A stretch of 64,000 nt of DNA from Candidatus Allofournierella excrementigallinarum (GCA_019119025.1 DWXV01000039.1:11051-75050); one strand, 5' to 3'; counted from the first letter of the stretch, positions 9,114 through 21,747 are shown. A program made the numbers and translations. Notes: generated from the sequence alone by a model not told the origin.

Positions 9114-12100
9114 TCAATCGCCCGCCAGGGCTTCCAGCACCGCCCGCAGCGCGGCGAGGGGCGCTTCGCCCCGGTCCACCCGCACCGCCAGGTAGGGCTT
9201 TGCCCCGGCGTTCACCATCACCCTGCCCGGCAGCGCGGCGGCGGCCGCCTTGATGGAAGCGGGGGTGAGCTTGTCGGAATAGAGCAGCAGGGTGTCCCGC
9301 TTCTGGCCGATCTCATACACCCCCGCCTTCGCCGCCGTGACCCGGATGAGGGAGATGTCCACCAGGCCGGACACGCTCTTCGGCACATCGCCGTAGCGGT
9401 CGATGAGCTCATCCAGCACGTCGGAGGCGTCCTCGGCGGTCTCGATGGCGGCGATGCGCTTGTAGGCCTCGATGCGGCCCGCCGCCTCGGGGATGTAGCT
9501 GTCGGGGATGAAAGCGTCCACCGTGATGTCGATGAGGCAGTCCGCCTTGTCCGGCGGCGGGGCTTCGCCCTTGGCCAGCGCCACCGCCCCGGCCAGTATC
9601 TTCATATAAAGGTCATAGCCCACCGCCTGCATGTGGCCGTGCTGGCTCTGGCCCAAAAGGCTGCCCGCGCCGCGGATCTGAAGGTCCCGCATGGCGATGC
9701 GGAAGCCCGAGCCGAAGCTGGTGAACTCCCGGATGGCGGAAAGGCGCTTGGCCGCCACGTCGGTGAGGACCTTATCCCGCCGGAAGGTGAAGTAGGCGTA
9801 GGCCTTGCGGCCCGAGCGGCCCACCCGGCCCCGTATCTGATACAGCTGGGCAAGGCCCATGCGGTCGGCATCCTCGATGATGAGGGTGTTGCAGTTGCGC
9901 ACGTCCACGCCGGTTTCGATGAGGGTGGTGCACACCAGCACATCGATCTCGCCGTCCAGCAGCTGCTGCCACACCCTGCCCAGCTGCTCCTCGGTCATCT
10001 TGCCGTGGGCCACGCCCACCCGGGCGCCGGGCACCATCCGCCCCACCATGCCGGCGGCGGCCTCGATGCTGTCCACCCGGTTGTGCAGGTAGTAGACCTG
10101 GCCGCCCCGGGCCAGCTCCTTCTTGATGGCCTGGGCCAAAATCACCGGGTCGTACTCCATCACATAGGTCTCGATGGGCTGGCGCTCCACCGGCGGCTCT
10201 TCGATGGTGCTCATATCCCTTATGCCGCTCATGGCCATGTTCAGGGTGCGGGGGATGGGGGTGGCCGAGAGGGTGAGCATGTCCACCCCGATGAAGGCCT
10301 CCTTCAGCTTCTCCTTGTGCTTAACGCCGAAGCGCTGTTCCTCGTCGATGATGACCAGCCCCAGGTCGTGGAACTTGATGTCATCGCTGAGCAGCCGGTG
10401 GGTGCCCACCACGATGTCCACCGTGCCGGAGCGCAGGCCCTTGATGGTCTGCTCCTGCTGTTTTTTGGTTCTAAAGCGGGACAAAAGGCCCAGCTGAATG
10501 GGGAAGGCCTCCATCCGGGCCAGCATGTTGCTGTAGTGCTGCCAGGCCAGGATGGTGGTGGGGGCCAGGATGGCGCACTGCTTGCCCCCCATCACGCACT
10601 TGAAGGCCGCCCGCAGGGCCACCTCGGTCTTGCCCACCCCCACGTCGCCGCAGAGCAGCCGGTCCATGGGCCAGGGGTTCTCCATGTCCTTCTTTATCTC
10701 GGCGGCCGCCGCCAGCTGGTCGGCGGTCTCCTCGTACTCAAAGCGGGTCTCGAAGTCCCGCTGCCAGTCGCCGTCCGGCGGGAAGGCGGTGCCCCTGGCC
10801 TGCTGGCGCTTGGCGTAGAGGGCGATGAGCTCCTGGGCCATCTCGGCGGCGGCGGCCTTCACCTTGCGGCGGGTGCGGGCCCACTCCTGGCCGCCCAGCC
10901 GGGCCAGCTTCACCTTCTCCCCGTCGCCGGGGGCGGTGTAGCGGCTGAGCAGGTCCAGCTGGGTCACCGGCACATACAGCGTGTCGCCCTTGTCGTAGAG
11001 CAGCTTCAGATAGTCCTTCACCACGCCCTGCACCTCCAGCCGCTGGATGCCGGTGTACATGCCGATGCCGTGGTTCTGGTGCACCACGTAATCGCCGGGG
11101 GCGATGTCGGTGAGGCTGGAAAGGGCGTTTTTGTCCTTTTTGCGGGCGGGCTTTTTCTTTTCCCCCTCCCCCGCCCGGCGGCTGGTGAGCAGGGCGTAGC
11201 GGGCAAAGGGATACTCCGCGCCGGCGCTGGTGTGGCCGGCGCGCACCGCCACCGCCCCGGGGCTGGCCACCATGTCCTTGGCGGTGCCCGCCCGGAAGCC
11301 CTTGTCCGCCAGGTCCTTGGCCAGGGCCGCGGCGGCCCGCCCGGTGCCCGCCAGCACGTCCACCGCGAAGCCCTGGCGGGTGAGGGCTTCCAGGTCCTCC
11401 GCCAGGGATGCCGCCTCGCCGGAAAACGGCGGGCGGGCGTGGGCGGGGGCGTTGATGATCTCTTTCAGCTCCAGCCCCGGCAGGGTGCGGGCGAAGTTCT
11501 CGCAGCACAGGCTCGTGTTCTTCTGGGCCGCCGCCAGCAGGTAGGGCATGTCCTCATAGAGCACGTCCAGCCCGGGGCAGATCGCCCCCTGCTCGTAGAG
11601 GCCTTTCAGCTCCTCGCTGCGGCGGAAGGCGGCGGCCTTCTGGGCCTCCCGGATGGCGCTGGGCTCCTCCAGCACCAGGATCGGCGCGTCGAAATAATCC
11701 AGCAGGGTGGCGGGCTTTTCGTAGCGCACCCCCAGGTACTTGTCCAGCGCCTCGGGCACAAGGCCCGCGTCCAGCTGGGCAAGGTCCGCCTCCATGGCCT
11801 TTTCCATGGCGGCGGCCCGGCGGCCCGTCTCTTTGGCCAGGGCGCTGCGCAGGGCGGCGGCGGTCTCGGGGGCGGAGCCGAACAGCACCTCCCGGGCCGG
11901 GCTGATGTGCAGCTTTTCCAGCTCGCCGTCCCGCCGCTGGCTGAGCACGTCGAAGGAGGCCAAGGTGTCGATCTCGTCGCCCCAGTACTCGCACCGGGCG
12001 GGGCTTTTGGCCTCGGGGGGCCAGATGTCCACGATGCCGCCCCGCACGCTGAACTGCCCCGGCCCCTCCACCTGGCCCCGCCGGTGGTAGCCCGCGTCGA

Positions 12101-12554
12101 ACAGGCGCTCTTCCAGTTTGGCGAGGGGCAGCTCCAGCCCGGGCTTGAGGGTCAGGGTGTTGCGGCAGAACTCCTCCTTGGGCATGGTGTACTGCAAAAG
12201 GGCCTCGGCGGGCACGCACACCGCCCCAAGGCGCCCGCCCACCAGATCGCCCAGCACCGCCAGCCGCCGGTATTCATATTCCCGCCCGGCGCCCTCGATG
12301 GGCCGCAGCAGAAAATCCCGGGGCGGGAACACCGCCGCCGGAAGGCCGAAGGCGCAAAAGTCCGCCGCGAGGCGGGTGGCCTCCGCCTCCCCCGCCGTGA
12401 CCGCCAGCAGGGGGCGGCGGCTCTCGGCGGCCAGCAGCGCCAGCATCTGGGCGCGGCCCGCCGGGGGCAGGCCGAAGAGGGCCGCCGGGCCCTTCGCCGC
12501 CAGGTGGCTTTTGAGTTTTTTGTATTCCGTGGTGTTTTTGAGGATGTCGAACAT
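9114..12554 (-). CDS. mfd: transcription-repair coupling factor Mfd
   Basis: UvrB-homology N-terminus, RNAP-interacting region, SF2 helicase motifs (GDVGVGKTEVALRAAF, DEEQRFGV), TRCF C-terminal domain. Start set at MFDILKNT (ATG 12554). Confidence 0.96.
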   Translation of the reverse strand: MFDILKNTTEYKKLKSHLAAKGPAALFGLPPAGRAQMLALLAAESRRPLLAVTAGEAEATRLAADFCAFGLPAAVFPPRDFLLRPIEGAGREYEYRRLAVLGDLVGGRLGAVCVPAEALLQYTMPKEEFCRNTLTLKPGLELPLAKLEERLFDAGYHRRGQVEGPGQFSVRGGIVDIWPPEAKSPARCEYWGDEIDTLASFDVLSQRRDGELEKLHISPAREVLFGSAPETAAALRSALAKETGRRAAAMEKAMEADLAQLDAGLVPEALDKYLGVRYEKPATLLDYFDAPILVLEEPSAIREAQKAAAFRRSEELKGLYEQGAICPGLDVLYEDMPYLLAAAQKNTSLCCENFARTLPGLELKEIINAPAHARPPFSGEAASLAEDLEALTRQGFAVDVLAGTGRAAAALAKDLADKGFRAGTAKDMVASPGAVAVRAGHTSAGAEYPFARYALLTSRRAGEGEKKKPARKKDKNALSSLTDIAPGDYVVHQNHGIGMYTGIQRLEVQGVVKDYLKLLYDKGDTLYVPVTQLDLLSRYTAPGDGEKVKLARLGGQEWARTRRKVKAAAAEMAQELIALYAKRQQARGTAFPPDGDWQRDFETRFEYEETADQLAAAAEIKKDMENPWPMDRLLCGDVGVGKTEVALRAAFKCVMGGKQCAILAPTTILAWQHYSNMLARMEAFPIQLGLLSRFRTKKQQEQTIKGLRSGTVDIVVGTHRLLSDDIKFHDLGLVIIDEEQRFGVKHKEKLKEAFIGVDMLTLSATPIPRTLNMAMSGIRDMSTIEEPPVERQPIETYVMEYDPVILAQAIKKELARGGQVYYLHNRVDSIEAAAGMVGRMVPGARVGVAHGKMTEEQLGRVWQQLLDGEIDVLVCTTLIETGVDVRNCNTLIIEDADRMGLAQLYQIRGRVGRSGRKAYAYFTFRRDKVLTDVAAKRLSAIREFTSFGSGFRIAMRDLQIRGAGSLLGQSQHGHMQAVGYDLYMKILAGAVALAKGEAPPPDKADCLIDITVDAFIPDSYIPEAAGRIEAYKRIAAIETAEDASDVLDELIDRYGDVPKSVSGLVDISLIRVTAAKAGVYEIGQKRDTLLLYSDKLTPASIKAAAAALPGRVMVNAGAKPYLAVRVDRGEAPLAALRAVLEALAGD

Positions 12555-12645
12555 GGGGTCACCTTTCTGAAAACAGCCGTTTTGGCGCACAGGGCAGCGC
12601 CCCGCCGGGCCTTGCCCGGCGGGGTGCGCGTTTCTCTATGCTTTT

Positions 12646-12674
12646 ATTGTAACGGCAAAAGCGCTCGAACGCAA
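12646..12674 (-). promoter_or_regulatory. candidate promoter upstream of mfd
   Basis: Minus strand TTGCGT (12669-12674), 17 nt spacer, TACAAT (12646-12651). Confidence 0.4.
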
Positions 12675-12687
12675 GGGAGAAGCGTCG

Positions 12688-13710
12688 TCAGCCAGGCAGC
12701 TTCACCGCGCCCCATTTTCCGCCGGTCTTGACCCAGAGCAGGCCGCCGAAGGCGGGGGCCGCGTCCTCCACCTGGCCCGGCTTCAAAAGCCAGCTGCCGT
12801 CGGCCTTCAGCACGCCGGTCTGGCCGTCCTTTTTCACCACCACGCACCCCTCGGTGAAGGGGGCGGGGTAAATGCCGGTGACCGGCTCGCTTTTGCCCGA
12901 AGCCTCGTTCCATTCCCACTTGACGCCCCAGAAGGGTTCGTATTCGCAGGGGACGATCTCTTTGCCCGAGGCGTCCACATAGCCCCACTTGCCCTCTTTG
13001 CAGACGGCGATGGCCTCGCCGGTGCCCATGCAGGCGGCTTCATAAACGAAGCCGGTGAGCAGCGTGCCGTCGGAAGAGGCCGCCGCGAAGCGGCCATCGT
13101 GCTCCAGCACAAAGTCCTCCCAGGCGGCGGGATCCTCGCCGGTCCAGCCGGCGCGCAGGGCCCCCTGCTGCACCGGGATGAGGCCGGGCAAACCTTCAAT
13201 TTCGCTCAGCGGGCGGATGGTCATGCTTGCCTCGCCGAAGCTGACGGCGCTCACCGCGCCCGCCCCATCCGCCAGAAAGCGGTTGGAGCCGCCGCCGTGG
13301 CCCACCTCCATCCGAAAGCTGGTGCCGATGTCCTCCAGCTGGGCGTCCAGGGCCTCCAGCTCCTCCCAGCTGTACCAGCGCTCCCCCTCATAGAGGCCCT
13401 GGTCGTAGAGATGGCCCGCGCCGCAGCGAATGGGCTGGGTCACAAAAGCCGCGGGCGCGGCCACGCCGCCGCTGGCGGCGTCCAGCACGCCCCAGCCCGC
13501 GGCGGTCTTTGCCAGATAATACCCCGCCTCGCCGGGGCGCTGGCTCACCATGCCGGCGGCCACGGTGGCGGTGTCCGCCACCGGCTCCACCGCCTCAAAC
13601 TCATATGCGGGCCGGATGGCCCACTCCATGCTCCTCAATGTGCCGGCCCCGCAGCCGGAAAGGCTCAGGCTCAAAGCCGCCGCCAGGGCCAGCGCTGCCA
13701 AACGTTTCAT
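12688..13710 (-). CDS. WG-repeat (KWG-like) lipoprotein
   Basis: MKRLAALALAAALSLSLSGCG lipobox. Repeated GKWGYVD / GGKWGAV motifs. Start set at ATG 13710 rather than the extended ORF start. Confidence 0.65.
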   Translation of the reverse strand: MKRLAALALAAALSLSLSGCGAGTLRSMEWAIRPAYEFEAVEPVADTATVAAGMVSQRPGEAGYYLAKTAAGWGVLDAASGGVAAPAAFVTQPIRCGAGHLYDQGLYEGERWYSWEELEALDAQLEDIGTSFRMEVGHGGGSNRFLADGAGAVSAVSFGEASMTIRPLSEIEGLPGLIPVQQGALRAGWTGEDPAAWEDFVLEHDGRFAAASSDGTLLTGFVYEAACMGTGEAIAVCKEGKWGYVDASGKEIVPCEYEPFWGVKWEWNEASGKSEPVTGIYPAPFTEGCVVVKKDGQTGVLKADGSWLLKPGQVEDAAPAFGGLLWVKTGGKWGAVKLPG

Positions 13711-13794
13711 AAAGCGCGTCCTCCTTTCGGGCGGGCGTTTTTGCGCCCGCATCCATAAAACGAAACAAAGCCCCCGCTTTATCGCAGCCGGCAT

Positions 13795-13832
13795 GAAAAA
13801 AACCGCGTCGTTTTTGCAAACGACACGGTTTT
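13795..13832 (-). terminator. rho-independent terminator after pth
   Basis: Minus strand AAACCGTGTCGTT...AACGACGCGGTTT hairpin followed by TTTTTT. Confidence 0.65.
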
Positions 13833-13835
13833 TCT

Positions 13836-14429
13836 TCATCGGTTGTAGCGGTTCTGGGCCTCGGAGAGCCTGCCGTCCATGATGAGTTCCACCGCGTCCG
13901 CCACGTCCTCCAAACGGCTTTCAAAGGCTTTGCGGTCGGCGCCGGAAAGGCGGCCCAGCACCCAGTCGGCCAGGTCATACTCGGGGCTGGGCTTTTCGCC
14001 CACCCCCAGCCGCACCCGGGGGAACTCCTGGCTGCCCAGCCGGGCGATGATGTCTTTCAGGCCGTTGTGGCCGCCCGCCGAGCCGGAGGGCCGGATGCGC
14101 ACCTTGCCGGGGCTTTGGGTCACGTCGTCGCACAGCACGATCACATGGGCGGGGTCTATTTTGTAAAAGCTCGCCGCCGCGCCGATGCTGCGCCCGGAAA
14201 GGTTCATGAAGGTCTGGGGCTTGAGCAGGATGACCTTGCGCCCGTTCACCGCCGCCTGGGCCAGAAGGCCCTCGAACTTGACCCGGGGCGCGGGGGCGTT
14301 CCACCGGCGGGCGATAAAATCCAGCGCGTCAAAGCCCGCGTTGTGGCGGGTGCCCTCGTATTTTTTGCCGGGGTTGCCAAGGCCCGCCACCAGCCAGTCG
14401 GCCCCGGCGCTCTGCTTTTTGAAAAACAT
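13836..14429 (-). CDS. pth: peptidyl-tRNA hydrolase
   Basis: LVAGLGNPGKKYEGTRHNAGF N-terminal signature and catalytic His. Confidence 0.95.
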   Translation of the reverse strand: MFFKKQSAGADWLVAGLGNPGKKYEGTRHNAGFDALDFIARRWNAPAPRVKFEGLLAQAAVNGRKVILLKPQTFMNLSGRSIGAAASFYKIDPAHVIVLCDDVTQSPGKVRIRPSGSAGGHNGLKDIIARLGSQEFPRVRLGVGEKPSPEYDLADWVLGRLSGADRKAFESRLEDVADAVELIMDGRLSEAQNRYNR

Positions 14430-14607
14430 GGGTGTCCTCTCCTTTTTCGCGGGGCGGGGCGGCGTTTCTGCCGCGGCAAAACCTGCCCCAGTTTAAGTTA
14501 CCATGCTTTTTTCGCCTTTGCAAGCCTGAAGGAGGCCCGGATCGCAAAAAAATCCGTAAATCAATGGACAAAAAAAGCCAAAACCTCTGGCGCTTGGCGG
14601 CGCGATT

Positions 14608-14616
14608 TGCTATAAT
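14608..14616 (+). promoter_or_regulatory. candidate extended -10 promoter for ppdK
   Basis: TGCTATAAT at 14608-14616, about 75 nt upstream of the start; -35 is poor. Confidence 0.35.
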
Positions 14617-14691
14617 ATTATGCGCGTTCTTATCGTTTGGCGGGGCATCCCGCCCCGCGGGACGTGGAATCTTTTATGGAGGTCGAGAATA

Positions 14692-17325
<2,634 letters not shown>

Positions 17326-17363
17326 TCGGGAATTCGAGAGCACGGCTCGCTGAATAAGCCAGA

Positions 17364-17402
17364 AAACCGGCGCACCGCCAAACGCGGTGCGCCGGTTTTT
17401 GT
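17364..17402 (+). terminator. rho-independent terminator after ppdK
   Basis: AACCGGCGCACCGC-CAAA-GCGGTGCGCCGGTT followed by TTTTTG. Confidence 0.8.
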
Positions 17403-17693
17403 TCTGTGTTTTGGTTCAAAGCGCCGGGTCCGCCGCGGGCAGAAAGCGGCGCGGCGCCCGCCCGGCCGTTTTGAGCGGAAATTTCGTCATGAGCAGGCAC
17501 AGTTCGGGAATTTTTTTGCTGTTTTTCAATTTTTTATCCCACTTTCCGGATGGTTTTGATATACTTGAAATGGTCTGCCGTGCCGCGGGTGCTTTTCCTC
17601 CGTTTTTCTCTTTAGCCCCGGTTAAGGCGCGTCTGCTATCTTGGAATCCACAGGGCCGGAACAGCCCGTTTTTCTGAAAGGAAGTCCTTCATT

Positions 17694-18470
17694 TTGAGCG
17701 AACTCCGGTTCGAGATATTGATCTGTTTTCTGGCGGGCGCCGGGGCGGGCCTGGGCACCGGCTTTGCCGGCCTGAGCGCCGCCATCGTGATCACCCCCAT
17801 GCTGGTCACCCTTTTGGGGCTGCCCGCCTATGAGGCCATCGGCATCGCTTTGGCCAGCGACGTGCTGGCCAGCGCCGCCAGCGCCCGCACCTACGCCAAA
17901 AACGGCTCCATCGACCTGCGCAACGGGCTGGTGATGATGGCGGGCGTGCTGTGCATGACCGTGGCGGGCAGCTGGCTTTCCACCTTTTTGCCGGACAACA
18001 CCCTCGGCGGCTTTTCGGTGGTGATGGCCCTGGTGCTGGGTCTGCGTTTTTTGTTCTTTCCCATCCTGGCCCCCGCCCATCCCGCCGGCCCCGGCGGCGG
18101 CAAGCGCCGGGTGTGGATGAGCGCCGTGGGCGGCGGGGCGGTGGGCCTGGTGTGCGGGGTGTTCGGCGCGGGCGGCGGCATGATGATGCTGATGGTGCTG
18201 ACCTTCGTGCTGGGCTACGAACTGAAAACGGCGGTGGGCACCAGCGTGTTCATCATGACCTTTTCCGCCCTGCTGGGCGCGGCGAGCCACTTTGCTCTGG
18301 GCAGCGCCCCCCGGCTTCTTCCTCTGGCGCTTTGCGCGGCGTTCACCCTTTTCTGGGCGCAGCTGGCCGCCCGCATCGCCGCCACAGCCGAGTCCCTTTT
18401 ACTCAACCGCCTCACCGGCACCATCCTCACGGCAGTGGGGCTGCTGTTGCTGGTGTTGAATCTACTGTAA
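17694..18470 (+). CDS. TauE/SafE (TSUP) family anion exporter-like membrane protein
   Basis: About 8 TM helices and duplicated Gly-rich motifs (GAGAGLGTGFAG / GVFGAGGGMMM) typical of TSUP/TauE proteins. Confidence 0.7.
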   Translation: MSELRFEILICFLAGAGAGLGTGFAGLSAAIVITPMLVTLLGLPAYEAIGIALASDVLASAASARTYAKNGSIDLRNGLVMMAGVLCMTVAGSWLSTFLPDNTLGGFSVVMALVLGLRFLFFPILAPAHPAGPGGGKRRVWMSAVGGGAVGLVCGVFGAGGGMMMLMVLTFVLGYELKTAVGTSVFIMTFSALLGAASHFALGSAPRLLPLALCAAFTLFWAQLAARIAATAESLLLNRLTGTILTAVGLLLLVLNLL

Positions 18471-18486
18471 AGCAGGTGGATACAGA

Positions 18487-20241
18487 ATGAATGTCAAACG
18501 AATATGGAAATGGATGATCCTGGCGGGGGTGGTGCTGCTGGCGCTGGCAGTGCTTATCCCCATCGTTGTGGTGCTGGGCTCCAAGGCCTTCACGGCCCGG
18601 GAGCAGGCCGCCCGCACCGACTGGACCTTCTCCACCGGCGACGTGGTGGCCCAGAGCAGCCAGTGGGAGGTGGACCTGGCCGAGGCCGACCTGGGCGACG
18701 GGCTGAAAGCCCTGCAGCTGGTGCCCCAGGACATTGAGCAGGAGGGCTTCACCTACTACGACGAGGGCGTGCAGGAACGGCTGTATCAGGTGGTGGAGGA
18801 ACTGAAACACAATTCCGACCTGGAATGGACCGCCTCCATGCCGCTGGCCATCCTGAACCCCTACGGCACCGGAAGCAACGGCCTGTATCTCTATTTTGAG
18901 ACCGACATGGCCACCTCGGTGAGTTACACCGTGCATGTGGACGGGCTGGCCGATTTCACAGCCGAGGCGGCGGACGCCTCCGGCAAAGACTACGTCAAGG
19001 CCCACGAGTTCCAGCTCATCGGCCTTGTGCCGGGCGAGGTGAACGAGGTCACCCTGAACATCAGCGGCAAGTGGGGCAACACCCGGCAGACCATCCACTT
19101 CACGGTGGACATGCCCCAGACCCGCTCCGGCTACGCCACCCAGCTGGAGGTGACCGAGGGCGAGTCCGCCGCGGCCCAGGCCGACGGCCTGTTCGCCATG
19201 ATGCGGGTGAACGGCTATCTGGGTTACGGCTTCTTTTTCGACAACGACGGCGTGATGCGCTATGAGATGGTGCTGGAAGGCTACGGCCTGGACCGGGTGC
19301 TGTTCTGCGGCGACGAGATCCTCACCTGCGTGTCCTCCTCCAAACTGGCCCGCATCAACGGGCTGGGCCAGGTGACCTGGGTGTGCGATCTGGGCGGATA
19401 TGACCTGCACCACGACATCGGCTGGGGCGCGGACGGCGAGGTGCTGGCCCTGGCGGAAGAGCGGGGCAACGACACGGTGGAGGACCGGCTGCTTTCCATC
19501 GACACCGAGACCGGCGAGGTGACCGAGCTTGTCAACTTCAGCGCCTTCCTGCAGGAGTACTACGGCATCACCCGCCCGGTGGCCGCCACCGACGACTTTT
19601 TCTGGCAGGCGGGCGAGTGGGACTGGATCCACCTGAACAGCCTGCAGTACATGCCGGAAAGCGACAGCGTCATCCTCTCCTCCCGGGAGACTTCCACCAT
19701 CCTGAAGGTGGCGGACCTGCACGGCGAGCCCGCGCTGGACTGGCTGGCGGGCGACGAGCGCATCTGGGAGGGCACCGCCTATGAGGACGCGTGCCTTGCC
19801 CAGGAGGGCGGCTTCGTGCCCCAGTACGGCCAGCACTGCGTGGAGTACTACGCCGACGGCGGGGAGGAAGGCGTTTACTACCTGTCGCTGTTCAACAACA
19901 ACTACCTGTCCATCAACAGCCGCGATTTGGAGCTGACGGTGGACGGCAGCGTGGGCCGCGGCCTCTACGGCTCGGAGGGCGACGCCAGCCAGGTGTACAT
20001 CTACCGCATCGACGAAAACCAGCGCACCTTCTCGCTGGAAGAGAGCTTTGAGGTGCCCTATTCCAGCATCGTGTCCAACGGGTCTCTCTGCGGCGACGGC
20101 AACTGGACGGTGAACAGCGGTGTGGCCATGGTGTTCGGCGAGTACGACTCCACCGGCGCCCTCATCCGCCAGTACGCCTATGAGTGCACCATGCAGAACT
20201 ACCGCACCTTCAAATACGAGATGGGCATCTGGTTCCGCTGA
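18487..20241 (+). CDS. aryl-sulfate sulfotransferase (ASST) family protein, N-terminally membrane anchored
   Basis: N-terminal TM. ASST-like beta-propeller signatures (DLHHDIGWG, HLNSLQYMPESDSVILSSRETSTILKV). Size about 580 aa as in AssT. Confidence 0.6.
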   Translation: MNVKRIWKWMILAGVVLLALAVLIPIVVVLGSKAFTAREQAARTDWTFSTGDVVAQSSQWEVDLAEADLGDGLKALQLVPQDIEQEGFTYYDEGVQERLYQVVEELKHNSDLEWTASMPLAILNPYGTGSNGLYLYFETDMATSVSYTVHVDGLADFTAEAADASGKDYVKAHEFQLIGLVPGEVNEVTLNISGKWGNTRQTIHFTVDMPQTRSGYATQLEVTEGESAAAQADGLFAMMRVNGYLGYGFFFDNDGVMRYEMVLEGYGLDRVLFCGDEILTCVSSSKLARINGLGQVTWVCDLGGYDLHHDIGWGADGEVLALAEERGNDTVEDRLLSIDTETGEVTELVNFSAFLQEYYGITRPVAATDDFFWQAGEWDWIHLNSLQYMPESDSVILSSRETSTILKVADLHGEPALDWLAGDERIWEGTAYEDACLAQEGGFVPQYGQHCVEYYADGGEEGVYYLSLFNNNYLSINSRDLELTVDGSVGRGLYGSEGDASQVYIYRIDENQRTFSLEESFEVPYSSIVSNGSLCGDGNWTVNSGVAMVFGEYDSTGALIRQYAYECTMQNYRTFKYEMGIWFR

Positions 20242-20242
20242 T

Positions 20243-20292
20243 AAAAAAAGGGGAGCGTCTTTTGAAAAGGTAAAAAGGCGCTCCCTCTTTTT
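20243..20292. terminator. bidirectional terminator between convergent genes
   Basis: GGGAGCG...CGCTCCC hairpin flanked by an A-run and a T-run. Confidence 0.5.
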
Positions 20293-21133
20293 ATTTGTTC
20301 CGGGCGGCAAGGCACCGGGCAAACCCCTCCGCCGTGCCGCCAAAGTCCGCCCCCAGCCGGCGGGCTTTTCCGCCGTCCATGGCAAGGCACCGCTGCCAGC
20401 AGGCTTTTTCCACCGGCGGCTCGTTCAGCCCCAGCAGCCGGCAGAATTCCAGGGCGGTGGCGTACATGTCGCCGCTGCTCTCGCAGCCGAAGTTGTAAAC
20501 GCCCCCCGGCCATTCCAAAGCGGGCAGCAGGTTTTCCACCGCCTGCCGCGCCCAGGTCACGCCCCGCAGGTCGCCGGCGGAAAAGGCCAGCCTTCTTCCC
20601 TCTTTGGCCGCTGCCAGCAGATTGAGGGGCAGATTGCCCCGGATGGGCAGTCCGCCGCCGGGCAAATCGTACAGCCAGGTGGCCCGCAGCAGCACCGCCG
20701 AGTCCAGCTGGTCCAGCACCCGCTCTTCCGCCTGGCGCTTGTGGCGGCCATAGATGTTTGCGGGGTGCAGGGGCACGGCCTCATCGAAGGGGCCGGGGCC
20801 CTCCAGCCCGGCATAGACCTGGTCGGAGCTGAAAGCCACCAGCTTCGCCCCCGCGTGCCGGGCGGCCCGGGCCAGCCACACCGGCAGTTCCACGTTGGCC
20901 CGGAAGGACTCCTCCGGGTGCTGCTCGCAATAGCCGGTGTCTGAAATGGCCGCCGTGTGCAGGATGACCTCCGGCGCGGCGGCGTCCACCAGCCGCTCCA
21001 CTTCCTCCGGCCCTGCCGTGCGCAGCGCGCCCGCGGGCGCGGCCACAAGCTCCAGCCCATCGCCCAGCTGCGCCATGATGCGCGCGCCCACAAAGCCGCC
21101 CGCGCCGGTGACCAGCACTCGTTTCATCCTCAT
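20291..21133 (-). CDS. RmlD-like NAD(P)-dependent reductase/epimerase (SDR, dTDP-4-dehydrorhamnose reductase family)
   Basis: Rossmann VLVTGAGGFVG, catalytic YGRHKRQAE (YxxxK). Start set at MRMKRVL (21133). Confidence 0.7.
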   Translation of the reverse strand: MRMKRVLVTGAGGFVGARIMAQLGDGLELVAAPAGALRTAGPEEVERLVDAAAPEVILHTAAISDTGYCEQHPEESFRANVELPVWLARAARHAGAKLVAFSSDQVYAGLEGPGPFDEAVPLHPANIYGRHKRQAEERVLDQLDSAVLLRATWLYDLPGGGLPIRGNLPLNLLAAAKEGRRLAFSAGDLRGVTWARQAVENLLPALEWPGGVYNFGCESSGDMYATALEFCRLLGLNEPPVEKACWQRCLAMDGGKARRLGADFGGTAEGFARCLAARNK

Positions 21134-21159
21134 CGCCGCCTTTCCTTTTGTGACATGTT

Positions 21160-21747
21160 TCAAGTTCCGCCTGGCAGCTGGCCGGGCAGGTCGATGTCCT
21201 CCAGTTCCCGTTCGCTTTCTGCCTGCACCCGCAGGCATTTATCCCCCAGGGCGCAAAGCACCGCCCGGCCGCCGGAATCGCCCTCCAGGGCCCGCAGGCC
21301 GTTCGCCAGCGACGCGGAAAAGAGGGTTGGGCTGCCCACCGTTTCGCCAAAGCAGAGGGTGGCCCCCAGCGTGGGCGGGGCGGCCTGTTCCAGCAGCGCC
21401 GCCACGCTGTCGGCGGTGAGGAAGGGCTGGTCCGCCACCGCGAAGAGCAGATAGTCGCTTTCGGCCAGCGGCTCCAATGCGTCCAGCGCCGCCTTGATGG
21501 TGAAGGAAAGGCCCCGTTCGCTCAAGGGGCTCTCCACCGCCTTTGCCCCGGCGGCACGGGCCGCCGCCAGGATTTCCGGCGTTCGGCTGACCACCGTCAC
21601 GCCGGCGTTCGGGCGCGATTTTGCCGCCGCCAGCAGGGCGGCGAGGCCGTGGGCGTAGAGGGGCTTGCCGTTCAGCGGGCGCAGTAATTTATTCTCGCCG
21701 AAGCGGCGGGCGCTGCCTGCCGCCAGCAGGATGAGATGCTCAGCCAT
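21160..21747 (-). CDS. mocA: molybdenum cofactor cytidylyltransferase-like nucleotidyltransferase
   Basis: LLAAGSARRFGENKLL N-terminal NTP-transferase motif. Start overlaps the stop of the molybdopterin subunit gene. Confidence 0.7.
   Translation of the reverse strand: MAEHLILLAAGSARRFGENKLLRPLNGKPLYAHGLAALLAAAKSRPNAGVTVVSRTPEILAAARAAGAKAVESPLSERGLSFTIKAALDALEPLAESDYLLFAVADQPFLTADSVAALLEQAAPPTLGATLCFGETVGSPTLFSASLANGLRALEGDSGGRAVLCALGDKCLRVQAESERELEDIDLPGQLPGGT

Noticed and set aside
9015-12731. 1238-aa plus-strand ORF
   Set aside because: Exactly antisense to mfd. The translation is low-complexity Gly/Ala/Arg/His-rich with no motifs. It is the typical stop-codon-poor antisense frame of GC-rich DNA.
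17403-17693. 290-nt leader before the TauE-like gene as a riboswitch
   Set aside because: It has an extended -10 (TGATATACT) and a weak hairpin plus T-run near 17652-17676, but no motif I can match to a known riboswitch class.
18427-20385. 652-aa minus-strand ORF, with similar cases at 21665-23668(+), 23964-25433(+), 26954-28378(+) and 28441-29592(-)
   Set aside because: Antisense to the ASST gene, the XDH subunits, the ABC importer genes and the YwaF-like gene. None has an RBS or recognisable domains.
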